A stretch of 63,552 nucleotides of DNA from a virus (taxonomy: Duplodnaviria > Caudoviricetes), in the IMG/VR virus record IMGVR_UViG_3300022744_000006, positions 1-63,552 of that record, one strand, 5' to 3'. A program made the position numbers and the translations under genes. Positions 39,267 through 48,953 of this stretch are shown here, piece after piece; position 1 is the first letter of the stretch, and each line of letters begins with the position of its first letter. Below the pieces are notes generated by a model. It was not told where the DNA came from. It worked only from the letters and a program-made list of their open reading frames with translations, and did no database searches.

Positions 39267-39309
39267 CTGCAATATAGTATGTGTACAAACGTATGGCGTT
39301 TAGAAGGTG

Positions 39310-40611
39310 TTAGACTCTTCCGCGAACCGCGTTGTTGAAGTCGCTGATCCGCATGCGTTGCTGCCGCTGTTGCAGGGGCGCTCCGGCAGGCCCTGGACCG
39401 GCCGACACTGGAGGAAGCTGCGGCTGTCGGCGAGCAAACTGACCACCTTGCGGAGCTCCGGAAGGGACGCGTGGTTGCTGGGCCGGCGGAGCCGCTGGCG
39501 CATCTCGTTGCAGGTACTGGTTGTGACCAGCAACATGCAACTCCACATCGTCCATCGCGGCGCGCATCACACGCTCGACGAACTCACTGGTCAGATCTTG
39601 TCCGGCAATGCCGGGGAGCTGCGCGTTGAAGTGTTTCTCGAACAGCGTCTGTGAGAGCGGAGTGTTCACGAAGCCGAGCTGAGCAGCGACCTTTGGCGCG
39701 ATGTGGCTCAGCTGCTGAAGGTAGATCTGTCTGATCTGCTCGACAGACGGGCCACCGTCGGCCTGTTGTTCCCGCGGCGCTTGCTGAGCTTTCAGCGTCC
39801 GATTCTCGATCTCCAGCCGCTGCAGCTCTGCACGCTGGGCACGCAAAGCCCGATGAACCTCGCGCTGCTCGGGAGTCATCCGCCGCTCGGCATCCAGCTG
39901 CGTGCCGTAGATGATTGCGGCCTTCGCGAAGCCTGGAAACTTGCCCAGGAACACCATGGCGTCCAGGAACTTATGCCCGTCGTCCATGTCGACAAGGAGC
40001 TTCTGAAGTCCAGCCTCGCGCTGCTCCAACGAAGCTTTGTACGCGTAGAGCTCGCGCAGCTTGTTCGAGTAGTCGGTGTGGAGTTGGTACCCCTTCACGG
40101 CCTCGGAAACTGGGATACGGAAGCGCTGGCCGTTCACCTGGGCGACCACGAACTTGTCGTGAAGCACGTCGGGGAGATCATCGGCCTTCTTCCACGCCTG
40201 GTATTCATCGATCCAAGCGCGAATCTCGTCGGCGCTCACCACCTGCGCCTGATGAACCTCGCCCTCGCCCTCGCCCTGTGGGATCGGGGCGAGCGGATCG
40301 TCCTCCACCGCAAGCGCCATTGATTGGGCGTCCTGCGGGGTGCCGAACGGATCGAATGGGTCAGCTCCTTGCTGCCGGTCGACCAGTCCAGGGTTCTGCA
40401 AGCCGATCGATTGGCCCGGTTGGCCGTCGGCGCCGAACACCGTCTGCTGCGAGAGCGCGGGCTGAATGCCGGCGCTCGAAAACGCATTGAACTCGCCAAC
40501 GCGAGCTCGCTGCTGCCCTGGAGCTGGACCGGACGGTTGGTTTACCGCTTGTCCACCCTGTGATGGAGCTGCGGTCTGCCCGCCGCCCCCTCCGCCGTTT
40601 GCGTCTGCCAT
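39310..40611 (-). CDS. capsid scaffolding protein
   Basis: Disordered N-terminus; VNGQRFRIPVSEAVKGYQLHTDYSNK motif; coiled coil; between portal and capsid genes. Confidence 0.8.
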   Translation of the reverse strand: MADANGGGGGGQTAAPSQGGQAVNQPSGPAPGQQRARVGEFNAFSSAGIQPALSQQTVFGADGQPGQSIGLQNPGLVDRQQGADPFDPFGTPQDAQSMALAVEDDPLAPIPQGEGEGEVHQAQVVSADEIRAWIDEYQAWKKADDLPDVLHDKFVVAQVNGQRFRIPVSEAVKGYQLHTDYSNKLRELYAYKASLEQREAGLQKLLVDMDDGHKFLDAMVFLGKFPGFAKAAIIYGTQLDAERRMTPEQREVHRALRAQRAELQRLEIENRTLKAQQAPREQQADGGPSVEQIRQIYLQQLSHIAPKVAAQLGFVNTPLSQTLFEKHFNAQLPGIAGQDLTSEFVERVMRAAMDDVELHVAGHNQYLQRDAPAAPPAQQPRVPSGAPQGGQFARRQPQLPPVSAGPGPAGAPLQQRQQRMRISDFNNAVRGRV

Positions 40612-40619
40612 ATATCAGT

Positions 40620-40635
40620 TTCTCATCCCGGAGAA
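40620..40635. promoter_or_regulatory. conserved late-gene hairpin, copy 2
   Basis: TTCTC-ATCCCG-GAGAA; core 9 nt upstream of the scaffold ATG. Confidence 0.8.
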
Positions 40636-40640
40636 TCCTG

Positions 40641-42920
40641 TTACTGGGCGCCCTGTGGGGGCGTGGAAGGTTCGGGAAGCTGTGTTCCTGATGGATGCAC
40701 CTGGCCGCTTGCCTGACCGCCGTCCTGAGCTCCTGCCTGCCGGCTGGACATCTCCTGATTGCCTGGCTGCGGCTGCGGTCCTGGCACAGGAGGACCGGCC
40801 GGCTCGGCTGGACTTCCTCCGCCGCCCTGGGCCATGCCCATCCCGCTAGGCCCTGGTCCGGGACCACCCGGTGGGCCCATCTGCCCGGATGCCAGCATGA
40901 GCTCGAAGACCATGTTGCCGCGCGGGTTCATGGGGTTCGGGTAGATCGGAGGGGGCGCTGTGATCCCCTGGAAGCCCGCGACGATTGGGTTCAGGTTCTG
41001 TAGGTAGAACTCGGTGTGATCGGCAAGGTGCTTCCTGATCCGCATGATCGCCTCCTGGTCAGGAACGTCTGCGGCCAGCAGCTGCTCAAGCATGCTGAAG
41101 TGCATAGGGTAGTGCTTGAATGGATCGTCGGCGTTGTTCACCTCGACGATCCCAAGCCCAGTAACCAGCATCTCGTTCTCCTTGCGGATCAGCATCTCGC
41201 AAGTGTTCTCCGTCTTGAGCCAACGAGTGGTGTTTCCCGTGGTGACCATCTCGTATGCAGCGGCTCGATCCTCCGGCGGCATGTTCCTCAGCGCCGTGAT
41301 TATCTGAAGCCGACCCGCCGCGCTCTGCATGAGCGGGCTCACCTGCTCGATGTCCACGCGCTGGACGCCGGAGAGATCCTCTTTGGTGAACTCGCTCACG
41401 TAGGAGCGCTGTTCGATCCCGGCGATGTCCACCAGGAACGGAGTCTCTCCGTAGCGCGTGATCATGTCGAGCAAGATGGTGGCGCCTTCGATCCTGAAGC
41501 GCCGCGCTGCGTCCTGCCTGAATGACTGGTAGCGAATGGCGATGCTGTCAAGCAGCGCGTTCATCTCGCCAGACCGAACGTTCGGGTCCGGATCACCACG
41601 GCTTGCAGCATTCTGCCCGCTCACGGTATCCATCATCTTGTGCAGGTATTGCTTGAGATCCGGTAGGGTCGGAGGCGGGGAAGACAGCTGCACTGCGCGC
41701 GGCATTTGTGCGCCGGGTGGAACGTAAAATGCAGTGCCCTGCGCTAGAGCGTCGATTGTAACCTCGGTGCCCTTCTCAATCGCCACGCTCTGGCGACCGA
41801 AGGATGCATAGTTTTGCATCTCGTCGGAGTTGACCTGATTGAGCGCTTGAGTGATCGCGATTAGGTCCCACGCATCAGCGTAACCGAACGTGCTTTCGAT
41901 GAACCGTCCCGATTGCATGATGGCAATCGGGAGACCGCGCTTACGAGGACACGGGCCATCCCAAAGGATGATGTCTCCGACCATCATCACATAGCGACCC
42001 TCCGGAACGGCAGCGCAGCGCTTGTGATAGAAGTGCTTTACCGTCAGCTGATCACGGTTGGCGTAGTACAGATCTTCGAGGCGGAACAGCGTGCCAAAGT
42101 CGTACCGATCCGAGTCGGTCCGCACCGCCAACAGCTGCTCTTTGAACATCGGGAAGTTGGCGATCAGTGACCAGCGGCTGTCTGGCTCGCGAATCATGCG
42201 CCATTGATGCTCTCCGGAGATCCGCGTTTCTTGAACGCATGACCACGGATAGAAGAGCGTCACAACGGGCTCGCCGGATTTCTCGATCGTGTAGTGCTGT
42301 CGCGTGGTCCCGTCGGGCAGCGGGATGTCGCGAGGGACCTTCATGTCGTCGCCGCCGAGGAAGTCCCAGCGGTAGTGCGTTCCGGCGCTTCCAAACACGC
42401 CGTCTCCCTCCGCAGCTTCCATGTCCAGCGGGGCGCTGTAGCGCTTGTACAGGGAGTTGATGATCTTGTCCGTGAGCGTGCTCTTTGCCATCGATCGATG
42501 GTCTGAGTTGCTCACGAGAGCGCGGAAAGCAGCCGGCTCGCCAAGCGCGAGAGATGTCTGGTGTCTGACGTACGGGCGAATCAGATTGAGGTGGAACCTG
42601 ATCATCTCCAGCTCATCGCCCGTGAAGCCGATGCTCTGCGTGGCGAAGTCGCGAAGATCGTCAGGGGTCAGCCCGTGGTGCGCCGCGTAAGCGACGATCC
42701 ACATAGCGAGAAGCCCGCGGTTGCGAGCGCTCTCGAAGAATGCCTCCTCCTTGGCAGCGATCTCTGACGTGAAGTCTTTGCCGGTTTTTCTGGCCCAGTA
42801 AATCTGTGACGGATCAACCTCCGGCTCGTCCTGGGTCGCGAGCGGATCAGAGCTCGGATCTTCCAGCGCGAGCGGATCGGTTGATTGGTTTTCTTGTGAT
42901 TCTTCTTGTTGCCCGTACAC
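40641..42920 (-). CDS. portal protein (P22/podovirus-like)
   Basis: 759 aa; NLIRPYV, QALN...S, VSGQNAASRG...RSG.M; Pro/Gln-rich tail. Confidence 0.85.
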   Translation of the reverse strand: MYGQQEESQENQSTDPLALEDPSSDPLATQDEPEVDPSQIYWARKTGKDFTSEIAAKEEAFFESARNRGLLAMWIVAYAAHHGLTPDDLRDFATQSIGFTGDELEMIRFHLNLIRPYVRHQTSLALGEPAAFRALVSNSDHRSMAKSTLTDKIINSLYKRYSAPLDMEAAEGDGVFGSAGTHYRWDFLGGDDMKVPRDIPLPDGTTRQHYTIEKSGEPVVTLFYPWSCVQETRISGEHQWRMIREPDSRWSLIANFPMFKEQLLAVRTDSDRYDFGTLFRLEDLYYANRDQLTVKHFYHKRCAAVPEGRYVMMVGDIILWDGPCPRKRGLPIAIMQSGRFIESTFGYADAWDLIAITQALNQVNSDEMQNYASFGRQSVAIEKGTEVTIDALAQGTAFYVPPGAQMPRAVQLSSPPPTLPDLKQYLHKMMDTVSGQNAASRGDPDPNVRSGEMNALLDSIAIRYQSFRQDAARRFRIEGATILLDMITRYGETPFLVDIAGIEQRSYVSEFTKEDLSGVQRVDIEQVSPLMQSAAGRLQIITALRNMPPEDRAAAYEMVTTGNTTRWLKTENTCEMLIRKENEMLVTGLGIVEVNNADDPFKHYPMHFSMLEQLLAADVPDQEAIMRIRKHLADHTEFYLQNLNPIVAGFQGITAPPPIYPNPMNPRGNMVFELMLASGQMGPPGGPGPGPSGMGMAQGGGGSPAEPAGPPVPGPQPQPGNQEMSSRQAGAQDGGQASGQVHPSGTQLPEPSTPPQGAQ

Positions 42921-42925
42921 CTCAC

Positions 42926-42951
42926 AACCGATCTCATCCCGGAGATTGGTT
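42926..42951. promoter_or_regulatory. conserved late-gene hairpin, copy 3
   Basis: AACCGATCTC-ATCCCG-GAGATTGGTT; core 11 nt upstream of the portal GTG. Confidence 0.8.
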
Positions 42952-43271
42952 CACTTCACCAAGTAGCCGAGCTCGGCCACGCTGAAAACGTCGTCTGGGT
43001 TCTCCAGTAAAAACTGGTGAACGCGCTCAACGTCAAGACGCTTCGCCCACGGGTACATCTCTTTCCCCGCGCACTCCGAGCACTGAGTAAACCAGGCGGC
43101 GTTGTTCGGGCATGGTTTCCAGCCCTCTTCCAACACAGCGGCCGTGCCGAGCTCAGCAACGCGCGTTTGTATGTCCTCAACGGAGACGCGCGGGCAATGC
43201 TCACACGTGCGCGGAGTGTTGATCATGCGATCAACAAGCTCTCGCGCCTCCTGCAGAGTGCCCTTGTTCAC
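42951..43271 (-). CDS. Zn-binding hypothetical protein
   Basis: GTGA overlap; CEHC and CSEC. Confidence 0.55.
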   Translation of the reverse strand: MNKGTLQEARELVDRMINTPRTCEHCPRVSVEDIQTRVAELGTAAVLEEGWKPCPNNAAWFTQCSECAGKEMYPWAKRLDVERVHQFLLENPDDVFSVAELGYLVK

Positions 43272-43819
43272 GCGTAACTCATGGTCACGAACTTGGGAAA
43301 CTCGCCGTTCTTTTTTCCGGCCGCATCGGGCTGGTGAAGCGCCCACGGGGCAGCGATCTTGCCCAGGGCGGAGAAGAACGAGCTGCGATCCAACCCACTG
43401 TCCCATCCCTTCTCGGATTCTATCCAGTGATCGCGCACGTGGATAGGCCCGTAAACCTTCACTTCCTCCGCAAGCTTGTCAGCTCCTGCGTGGATAGTGA
43501 TCCGCGCGCCGTCGACCGCCTCTTTGAACCCCTGTGCCTCGGTGAGTCGGCGCCGGCCGTACGACTTGCGGGCCACCACATAGACGACGGTTCCCTTGTT
43601 GAATCCGTCGACGTTGAGGCGCTCCGATAGGCACTCGTTGAGAAGCTCCTCGGGCACCTTCGGAAAGCGCTTGCGGAGGTAGTACGACGCCGCCTCAATC
43701 TCCTCGAATGGAGGAGAGAGAAACCGCGTGTTGTAGGTGATCTCGATCTCTGGTTCCGGAGCTTGAACCTGAGCCCTTTGTTCGTTCTTCTGATCTGCCA
43801 CTTGTCTGCTATTTCTCAT
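43268..43819 (-). CDS. hypothetical protein (true start may be GTG at 43801)
   Basis: ORF in the packaging module; annotated ATG lies inside the hairpin. Confidence 0.7.
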   Translation of the reverse strand: MRNSRQVADQKNEQRAQVQAPEPEIEITYNTRFLSPPFEEIEAASYYLRKRFPKVPEELLNECLSERLNVDGFNKGTVVYVVARKSYGRRRLTEAQGFKEAVDGARITIHAGADKLAEEVKVYGPIHVRDHWIESEKGWDSGLDRSSFFSALGKIAAPWALHQPDAAGKKNGEFPKFVTMSYA

Positions 43820-43833
43820 CCCGGAGAAATGGT
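43808..43833. promoter_or_regulatory. conserved late-gene hairpin, copy 4
   Basis: GCTATTTCTC-ATCCCG-GAGAAATGGT. Confidence 0.8.
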
Positions 43834-43834
43834 G

Positions 43835-44152
43835 CTACTTGCTGGCCTTGAGCTCGTCTTCGATGGTGCCAACCGTTCCGGATGAAAGCGCTGGCGCTCC
43901 ACTCTGAACCGGCTGATAGAACGCGGAAACGTCATCAGCGGGGCGGCAGAAATACACGTTGCCGGGGTAGGTGATGATCGCGTCGCCCTGGTGGACGTAG
44001 ACCATGACCTTCTCCTGTCCCTGAAGCATGGAGCCGACGATGGTATCGTCTTCGTGGAACGAATCCCTGGCAACAGCTGGATGCCCAACGGAAGAGTTGT
44101 AGAAAACAATGTCGACCTGCGCGGGCGGCGGAACCTTCTCTTCGTACATCAT
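43835..44152 (-). CDS. hypothetical protein
   Basis: AGGAG RBS; TGATG coupling. Confidence 0.65.
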   Translation of the reverse strand: MMYEEKVPPPAQVDIVFYNSSVGHPAVARDSFHEDDTIVGSMLQGQEKVMVYVHQGDAIITYPGNVYFCRPADDVSAFYQPVQSGAPALSSGTVGTIEDELKASK

Positions 44153-44565
44153 CAGAACGCTCTCCTGTTCTGGCTCTGAGCCATTACAACCTTGGTTGTC
44201 TCGTCTTTGACCACGGCAATGGCAGCCTTCAAATCCGCTGCGTAGCGGGTCATTCCCGTGTCGATCTTGCCCACCGTTTCCTGAAGCTCAATGAACCGGC
44301 TGCCAGCCTTGGCGTGTCCCTCCGACACGTCGGCGCGTACCATGTCCAGCTCGCTCAGAGCGCGCTGCGCCAGGCCATGGGCCTGCTCACACCGGGCATC
44401 CAACCTAGCCAAACTGGCCTTGATCGCGTTGATGTCGTCATTCACGGCACCCATCATGCCCATGAAAAGCTTCCGTTTGTCGGTCCAGCGCTCCAAGTCC
44501 ATCCACTTGTAGAGAAGAACCGTCGTGCACACAGTGCACACAATGCACAGCAAAGTAGTATTCAT
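44152..44565 (-). CDS. membrane-anchored coiled-coil protein
   Basis: N-terminal TM segment followed by coiled coil; ATGA overlap with the terminase stop. Confidence 0.65.
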   Translation of the reverse strand: MNTTLLCIVCTVCTTVLLYKWMDLERWTDKRKLFMGMMGAVNDDINAIKASLARLDARCEQAHGLAQRALSELDMVRADVSEGHAKAGSRFIELQETVGKIDTGMTRYAADLKAAIAVVKDETTKVVMAQSQNRRAF

Positions 44566-46403
44566 CTGCGACCTCCCTTGAACATCCGCAGCCTACCCCG
44601 TTGGTCACCGCCGCGCGCAAGCTTCTGAGCCTCTTCGAGGGCGATTTCGTGCGGGGCCTTGGGCACCCACGGAAGGCGCTCGACCACGGATACGCCGGCC
44701 GGAAAGTCCTTGAGGATGTGCTCGGGAGGGTGCGGCCGAAGGTTCTCGTATTGCTCCACCTTGCGGACGAGGTAGACCAGCGCGGCAAGGGCGTCAAAAT
44801 GGCCGTAGACCGGGTGCTGCGCGAGCTTTCCGCGCTTGTCGCGCTTGCCGGCGCGCACGTGATCGATGACACAGCCCGCGTCCTTGTGGAACCACATGCG
44901 GCCCTCGGACACCCAGTTCCGGAGGTTGCGGAGCATGGTCGTGAGCTCCTCTTTGGTCGTCGGGAGGAACTCCAGGCCGTAGTGCTCGTCGATGTCTCGG
45001 ATCAGCTGCTTGTCTACGTCCGAGACGCGTGACGCCGGGTTCAACTTGAAACCGGTCCGATCGTAGTAGGGCGTGATCGCGCCGGGGATCTTCTTGGTGA
45101 TCCAGTCGCCCGGACGGCGCTCCGTGTGCGGGCGCTCCTGCGACGGTACCTGAGCCATTCGGTGCATCTCCGGAGCAAGGTGCTCGTACTTGTCACCGCG
45201 GAGCAAGTCTGTCCATCCAGCGTGGTCACCATCGTGGCGCAGCGGAACGCGACGCATGCGGGTGTCCGGCCACTTGCCCCACAAGACGAACTCGCGCACG
45301 GCGCACACCGCGGAGACTTCCATGGATCCCGCGTTGCTCTTGGCCCAGCTGTCGAGGATGAGCAGACGGTCCGCATCCCAGTCGTACTCGCCGAACACCA
45401 GGGCGAACAGGTGTGTCTGTCCAGGGTCGGCAGCGACAAAGCCGTAGCCGTAGGCGGGGCGCTCGAAGGCGCGAACGTGGAGCTCGCGATCGAACTCGGG
45501 GACGGCCTTGAGGCTCGGGTCTCCGGCAATAATGTTGAAGTACTCGCGCTCGCAGTTCGGGTCCCCTCGCCCGCCTGCCATTCGAATCCAATACTCCTTC
45601 TCTCGCGCGGAGAGCTTGGAGTTGTCCATGATCGTGACTTCGGAGAACGCCCCGCGCCGTTTGGCGTCGGGCATCACCACGCGTTCCCAGTCCGTGTCGA
45701 GGTCCTCCGGCGCGGAGCTCTCGACGAACATGCGCGCCCAAGGCCGCTGCTGGTACTGGTGAATCAGAACGTTGCGGATCGAGTACTCAAGGTGATCGAT
45801 GAACGCAGCTTCCGAGACGAAGTCGAAGTCGTTCGCCTGCCCGCGAAGGGCATCCTTGTTCATGTCGATGCCGGCCAGCGCGAGTCGTGCGCCGCCCGTC
45901 GGGCCGTGCTCGGGCCAGTACAGACCGGCCGGCAAGATGCCGCGCTTTCCGTGATAGACAGGCACCGAGTGATCGGGCGCTGTCGCGAACGCCTGCGGGA
46001 TCACCGATCCAACAATCTCGTCGATGTTTTTCTGGAACGCGCTCGTCAACCGCATGCTCGCGGGACGCTTGTACGTGCGATAAAACCACACCGCGATCTC
46101 GTAGGCGATCCAGATGTACAGCGTGGTCTTGCCGAAGCGCTTGCCGCCCGCGATCACGTAGATCAGCGGGATGCTTCCAACCTCGTGGACCTTGTCCAGC
46201 TGCTCAATGCGGCGCCACTCCTGGATGGCGTCTCTGAGCGCGAGCTGGCCTTCATGCATGAGCCCGGAAAGATCACCAGTCTCCCATCCGAGAAGAATCA
46301 ACTCCTCGTCCGAGAGACTTTCCAGGACATCGTCAGATACAGACGTCTCGTGTATCAAATCATTGTCGTCAGGGTAGTTCACTCTCCTGCTTGGCCTTCT
46401 CAT
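44562..46403 (-). CDS. terL: terminase large subunit (true start may be GTG at 46382)
   Basis: GGKRFGKTT Walker A, LRGQ..D..FVSEAAF Walker B, EREY, ADPG and HFDALAAL nuclease motifs. Confidence 0.92.
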   Translation of the reverse strand: MRRPSRRVNYPDDNDLIHETSVSDDVLESLSDEELILLGWETGDLSGLMHEGQLALRDAIQEWRRIEQLDKVHEVGSIPLIYVIAGGKRFGKTTLYIWIAYEIAVWFYRTYKRPASMRLTSAFQKNIDEIVGSVIPQAFATAPDHSVPVYHGKRGILPAGLYWPEHGPTGGARLALAGIDMNKDALRGQANDFDFVSEAAFIDHLEYSIRNVLIHQYQQRPWARMFVESSAPEDLDTDWERVVMPDAKRRGAFSEVTIMDNSKLSAREKEYWIRMAGGRGDPNCEREYFNIIAGDPSLKAVPEFDRELHVRAFERPAYGYGFVAADPGQTHLFALVFGEYDWDADRLLILDSWAKSNAGSMEVSAVCAVREFVLWGKWPDTRMRRVPLRHDGDHAGWTDLLRGDKYEHLAPEMHRMAQVPSQERPHTERRPGDWITKKIPGAITPYYDRTGFKLNPASRVSDVDKQLIRDIDEHYGLEFLPTTKEELTTMLRNLRNWVSEGRMWFHKDAGCVIDHVRAGKRDKRGKLAQHPVYGHFDALAALVYLVRKVEQYENLRPHPPEHILKDFPAGVSVVERLPWVPKAPHEIALEEAQKLARGGDQRGRLRMFKGGRR

Positions 46404-46656
46404 CCCGGAGATGGGCCTTCAACGTGATGAAAACAGAGCGGAGTCTCTTGTCGAGCTCGACGACGTTCAACGCCCCGTCGGTGCACAGCCGAAGACAATG
46501 GGCGAGACCGGGCTTGCTGATCAACCGAGCTTTCACGATGAACGTGTCGAGCTTTTCAGCCCTCGCCACGGTGAAGCTCATGTCGTTCTCAGCGCGCAGA
46601 ATCGTCTCGCCAACTAGGTTGGCATGCCTGATCACTGTCGAGTCGGTGAAGCTCAT
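46369..46656 (-). CDS. hypothetical protein
   Basis: GAGGA RBS. Confidence 0.6.
   Translation of the reverse strand: MSFTDSTVIRHANLVGETILRAENDMSFTVARAEKLDTFIVKARLISKPGLAHCLRLCTDGALNVVELDKRLRSVFITLKAHLRDEKAKQESELP
46393..46417. promoter_or_regulatory. conserved late-gene hairpin, copy 5
   Basis: GGCCTTCTC-ATCCCG-GAGATGGGCC. Confidence 0.8.
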
Positions 46657-46673
46657 GCGCGGTCCTCAAAGTA

Positions 46674-47087
46674 TCACGGTTTTCGGAGTTTCCCCAGGTT
46701 CGGGTCGAGGACCGGGGGCGGTGGCGGGAGGAGTGGCCGGCGAACGTCGATGTAGTGCCCGGTCTCCTCGTCCAGCCGGAGGTGGTCTAGCGGGGCGTTG
46801 CCGCGGGCCGCAGCCAGCTCGGACTCGTACTGCGCCATCAGACGGCGGTTCGCCCGCGCCACCTCGTATCTAGAGATGGAGCGGGCGAGGACGCAGGACA
46901 CCAAAGCGAAGAACGTCAGCAGGCCGACAATGGGCCAGAGGCCGGGATAGGGCATACCCACAAGCCCCTTCACCACGACGGCAGTGAAGGCGTAGAAGAC
47001 CACGGTAAACGCGACCTTGAACGGCAGGTTTTTGATGCCTGCCACGTCAACGCGACTCACGAGGTTGGGTAGATGGGGCTCGTACAC
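46674..47087 (-). CDS. two-TM membrane protein
   Basis: Two hydrophobic segments. Confidence 0.6.
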   Translation of the reverse strand: MYEPHLPNLVSRVDVAGIKNLPFKVAFTVVFYAFTAVVVKGLVGMPYPGLWPIVGLLTFFALVSCVLARSISRYEVARANRRLMAQYESELAAARGNAPLDHLRLDEETGHYIDVRRPLLPPPPPVLDPNLGKLRKP

Positions 47088-47234
47088 GGGAGCTCAGCCT
47101 GAAGTGCTTGCATTTGCAGGCCGCCGCAACGCAGCCCGCGTCCGGATCGTGGAGTACATCGAAGTGCCCGCACTGGCAAATGGGGGCGGTCGGGAGCGCC
47201 GATCGACGAACGGTGACCATGGATTTGCGCTTGC

Positions 47235-48089
47235 TCATTCGTAGTTCCTCACCACGATCTCCCCGACCTTCTCCGGCGCAGCCTTCCCATTACTCATGGC
47301 GCGCTGCACCACGATCTCGGTGATCGAGAACGCGCCAAACACCTCGCGAGCGAGGTTGTTGTCGGTGTGCGTGAGCATGAACTTCGCCCTCCTGGCGCTG
47401 ATCGTTTTGCATGACTCCGCAAGCTCGCGGAGCTGCTTCTCGCCGAACTTGCCCGCCGTGTAGGCCGTGTGGCCGTCCTGGTGGACATAAGGCGGATCTA
47501 GAAAGAGGAAGTCGTCGGCCTTGACGCGATCAACGTCAAACTCACCGGCGCGAAAATGCATCCATCCGGCGAGCGCTCTGGCGCACGGGAGCAGCGAATC
47601 CAGGAGCTCGGTCGATGATGGTTTCCAGTTGTTGCCGTCGTTGTAGGGGACGTTAAAGTTGCCTGCCCGGTTGACCCGGTAAAGGCCCTTGAACCCCGTC
47701 TTGTTGAGCAGCAAAAACAACTGCGCCATCACTACCTTTTGGTGCCAGTGCATGTGCCCAACTCGCTCCAGGTGAATGAGCGAGTTGAACAAACTGCGCC
47801 TGGCCTCGTAGAGCTGACGAGACTGATTCGCGGCCATGGTAGCGGTGCCCTCCGCGATCTCCTGCGGGAACGCTGACAGCATCTCGTAGAACGAAATCAG
47901 CGCGCGATTCGCGTCCCCGAGCTCCCAGTCCGAAGCGAAGTCAGGGTGATGCTCACGCAGATGAAAGAACATCGCCGCGCCTCCGCAAAACGGCTCGACG
48001 CATCGCTTAGCTCCAGATTTTGGGAGCAGCTCGGACAACAGGGGAAGGATACGGCGCTTTCCTCCTGCCCATTTGAGTGGTGGTTGCAT
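47235..48089 (-). CDS. dam: DNA adenine methyltransferase (Dam-like)
   Basis: LKWAGGK, EPFCGG, GLYRVN..G.FNVPY, LDPPY. Confidence 0.92.
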   Translation of the reverse strand: MQPPLKWAGGKRRILPLLSELLPKSGAKRCVEPFCGGAAMFFHLREHHPDFASDWELGDANRALISFYEMLSAFPQEIAEGTATMAANQSRQLYEARRSLFNSLIHLERVGHMHWHQKVVMAQLFLLLNKTGFKGLYRVNRAGNFNVPYNDGNNWKPSSTELLDSLLPCARALAGWMHFRAGEFDVDRVKADDFLFLDPPYVHQDGHTAYTAGKFGEKQLRELAESCKTISARRAKFMLTHTDNNLAREVFGAFSITEIVVQRAMSNGKAAPEKVGEIVVRNYE

Positions 48090-48122
48090 TAGATCTCCTG
48101 TGCGCTCGTTAGGGGGCCTGAG

Positions 48123-48485
48123 TCAGTTGCCAATGGGGTAGTCTTGGTCGTCATCGTCCGAGCCTTGAGGCACCGCCCTCGCTCGCCCTCGACCCCCTCC
48201 AAGCTTCTTTTGGAGCGCTTCAAGTCCGAGCTGGTAAATCTCCTCATCGGATACGGTGTAACCCCGGTAGGGTGGGGGAGCCGATGCGGAGCGGTGCCGC
48301 TGGAGTTCTGACGCTCTGTTGAGCTCTGGAAGCACCGGCGGGGCGGCTCGGTGTCTCTGAAGTTCTGACGGGTCTCCGTCGAGCTCTGGAAGCACGGGGC
48401 GCTTCTTCTTGCCCCCGAAGAAAGCCCACCAGATCAAAAGGCCGAACGACAAACAGATTGCGATTGCTACGGTCTCAGCGGTCAT
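48123..48485 (-). CDS. membrane-anchored protein with a tandem repeat
   Basis: N-terminal TM segment; PVLPEL...SELQRHR twice. Confidence 0.65.
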   Translation of the reverse strand: MTAETVAIAICLSFGLLIWWAFFGGKKKRPVLPELDGDPSELQRHRAAPPVLPELNRASELQRHRSASAPPPYRGYTVSDEEIYQLGLEALQKKLGGGRGRARAVPQGSDDDDQDYPIGN

Positions 48486-48551
48486 TTGCTAAAATACCTA
48501 CCCTTCCCTACTATGGCGGCGCCAAGCCTGTGCAGGCGCCGCTCAAAGATT

Positions 48552-48953
48552 TCACTTCGTCTTGAATCCGCTCTTGCCCGCAAAGTTGATCAGCGCAGTC
48601 AGCACCTCCTGTTCGAAGTAGATCGTGTGCTCGAACAGGCCCTTCATCACAGGGTTTACGTCGAGTCGGATCATGCCCCCTTCTACCGATGCGTAGATCG
48701 AATCGCCAAGGTACTCAGACTTTTCATTCGCGTTGCGCATGTCGTTCCTTTTTATTCCGAGAAGGTCATCCGCGGAGCACCGAAGCCCCGCGCACAGTTG
48801 CCTGATCTGATCGAGCGTGGGCTTGTACCCGCGTTCGAGCGCAGAGATTCGCTTGGGAAGAATGCGAGACGCTGCCGCAAGCTGCTCTTGCGTCATGCCG
48901 TACCGCGTCCTGATGCGAATGAGCGCAGCGTAGAATGGTTCGCGCGTTGTCAT
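48552..48953 (-). CDS. XRE-family HTH regulator
   Basis: GMTQEQLA...ISALERG.KPTL...L..GL..SADDLLG. Confidence 0.88.
   Translation of the reverse strand: MTTREPFYAALIRIRTRYGMTQEQLAAASRILPKRISALERGYKPTLDQIRQLCAGLRCSADDLLGIKRNDMRNANEKSEYLGDSIYASVEGGMIRLDVNPVMKGLFEHTIYFEQEVLTALINFAGKSGFKTK

Noticed and set aside
22578-46417. Hairpin repeats as a CRISPR array, REP elements or terminators
   Set aside because: They are dispersed with no regular spacers and no U-tracts, and sit at gene starts rather than ends.
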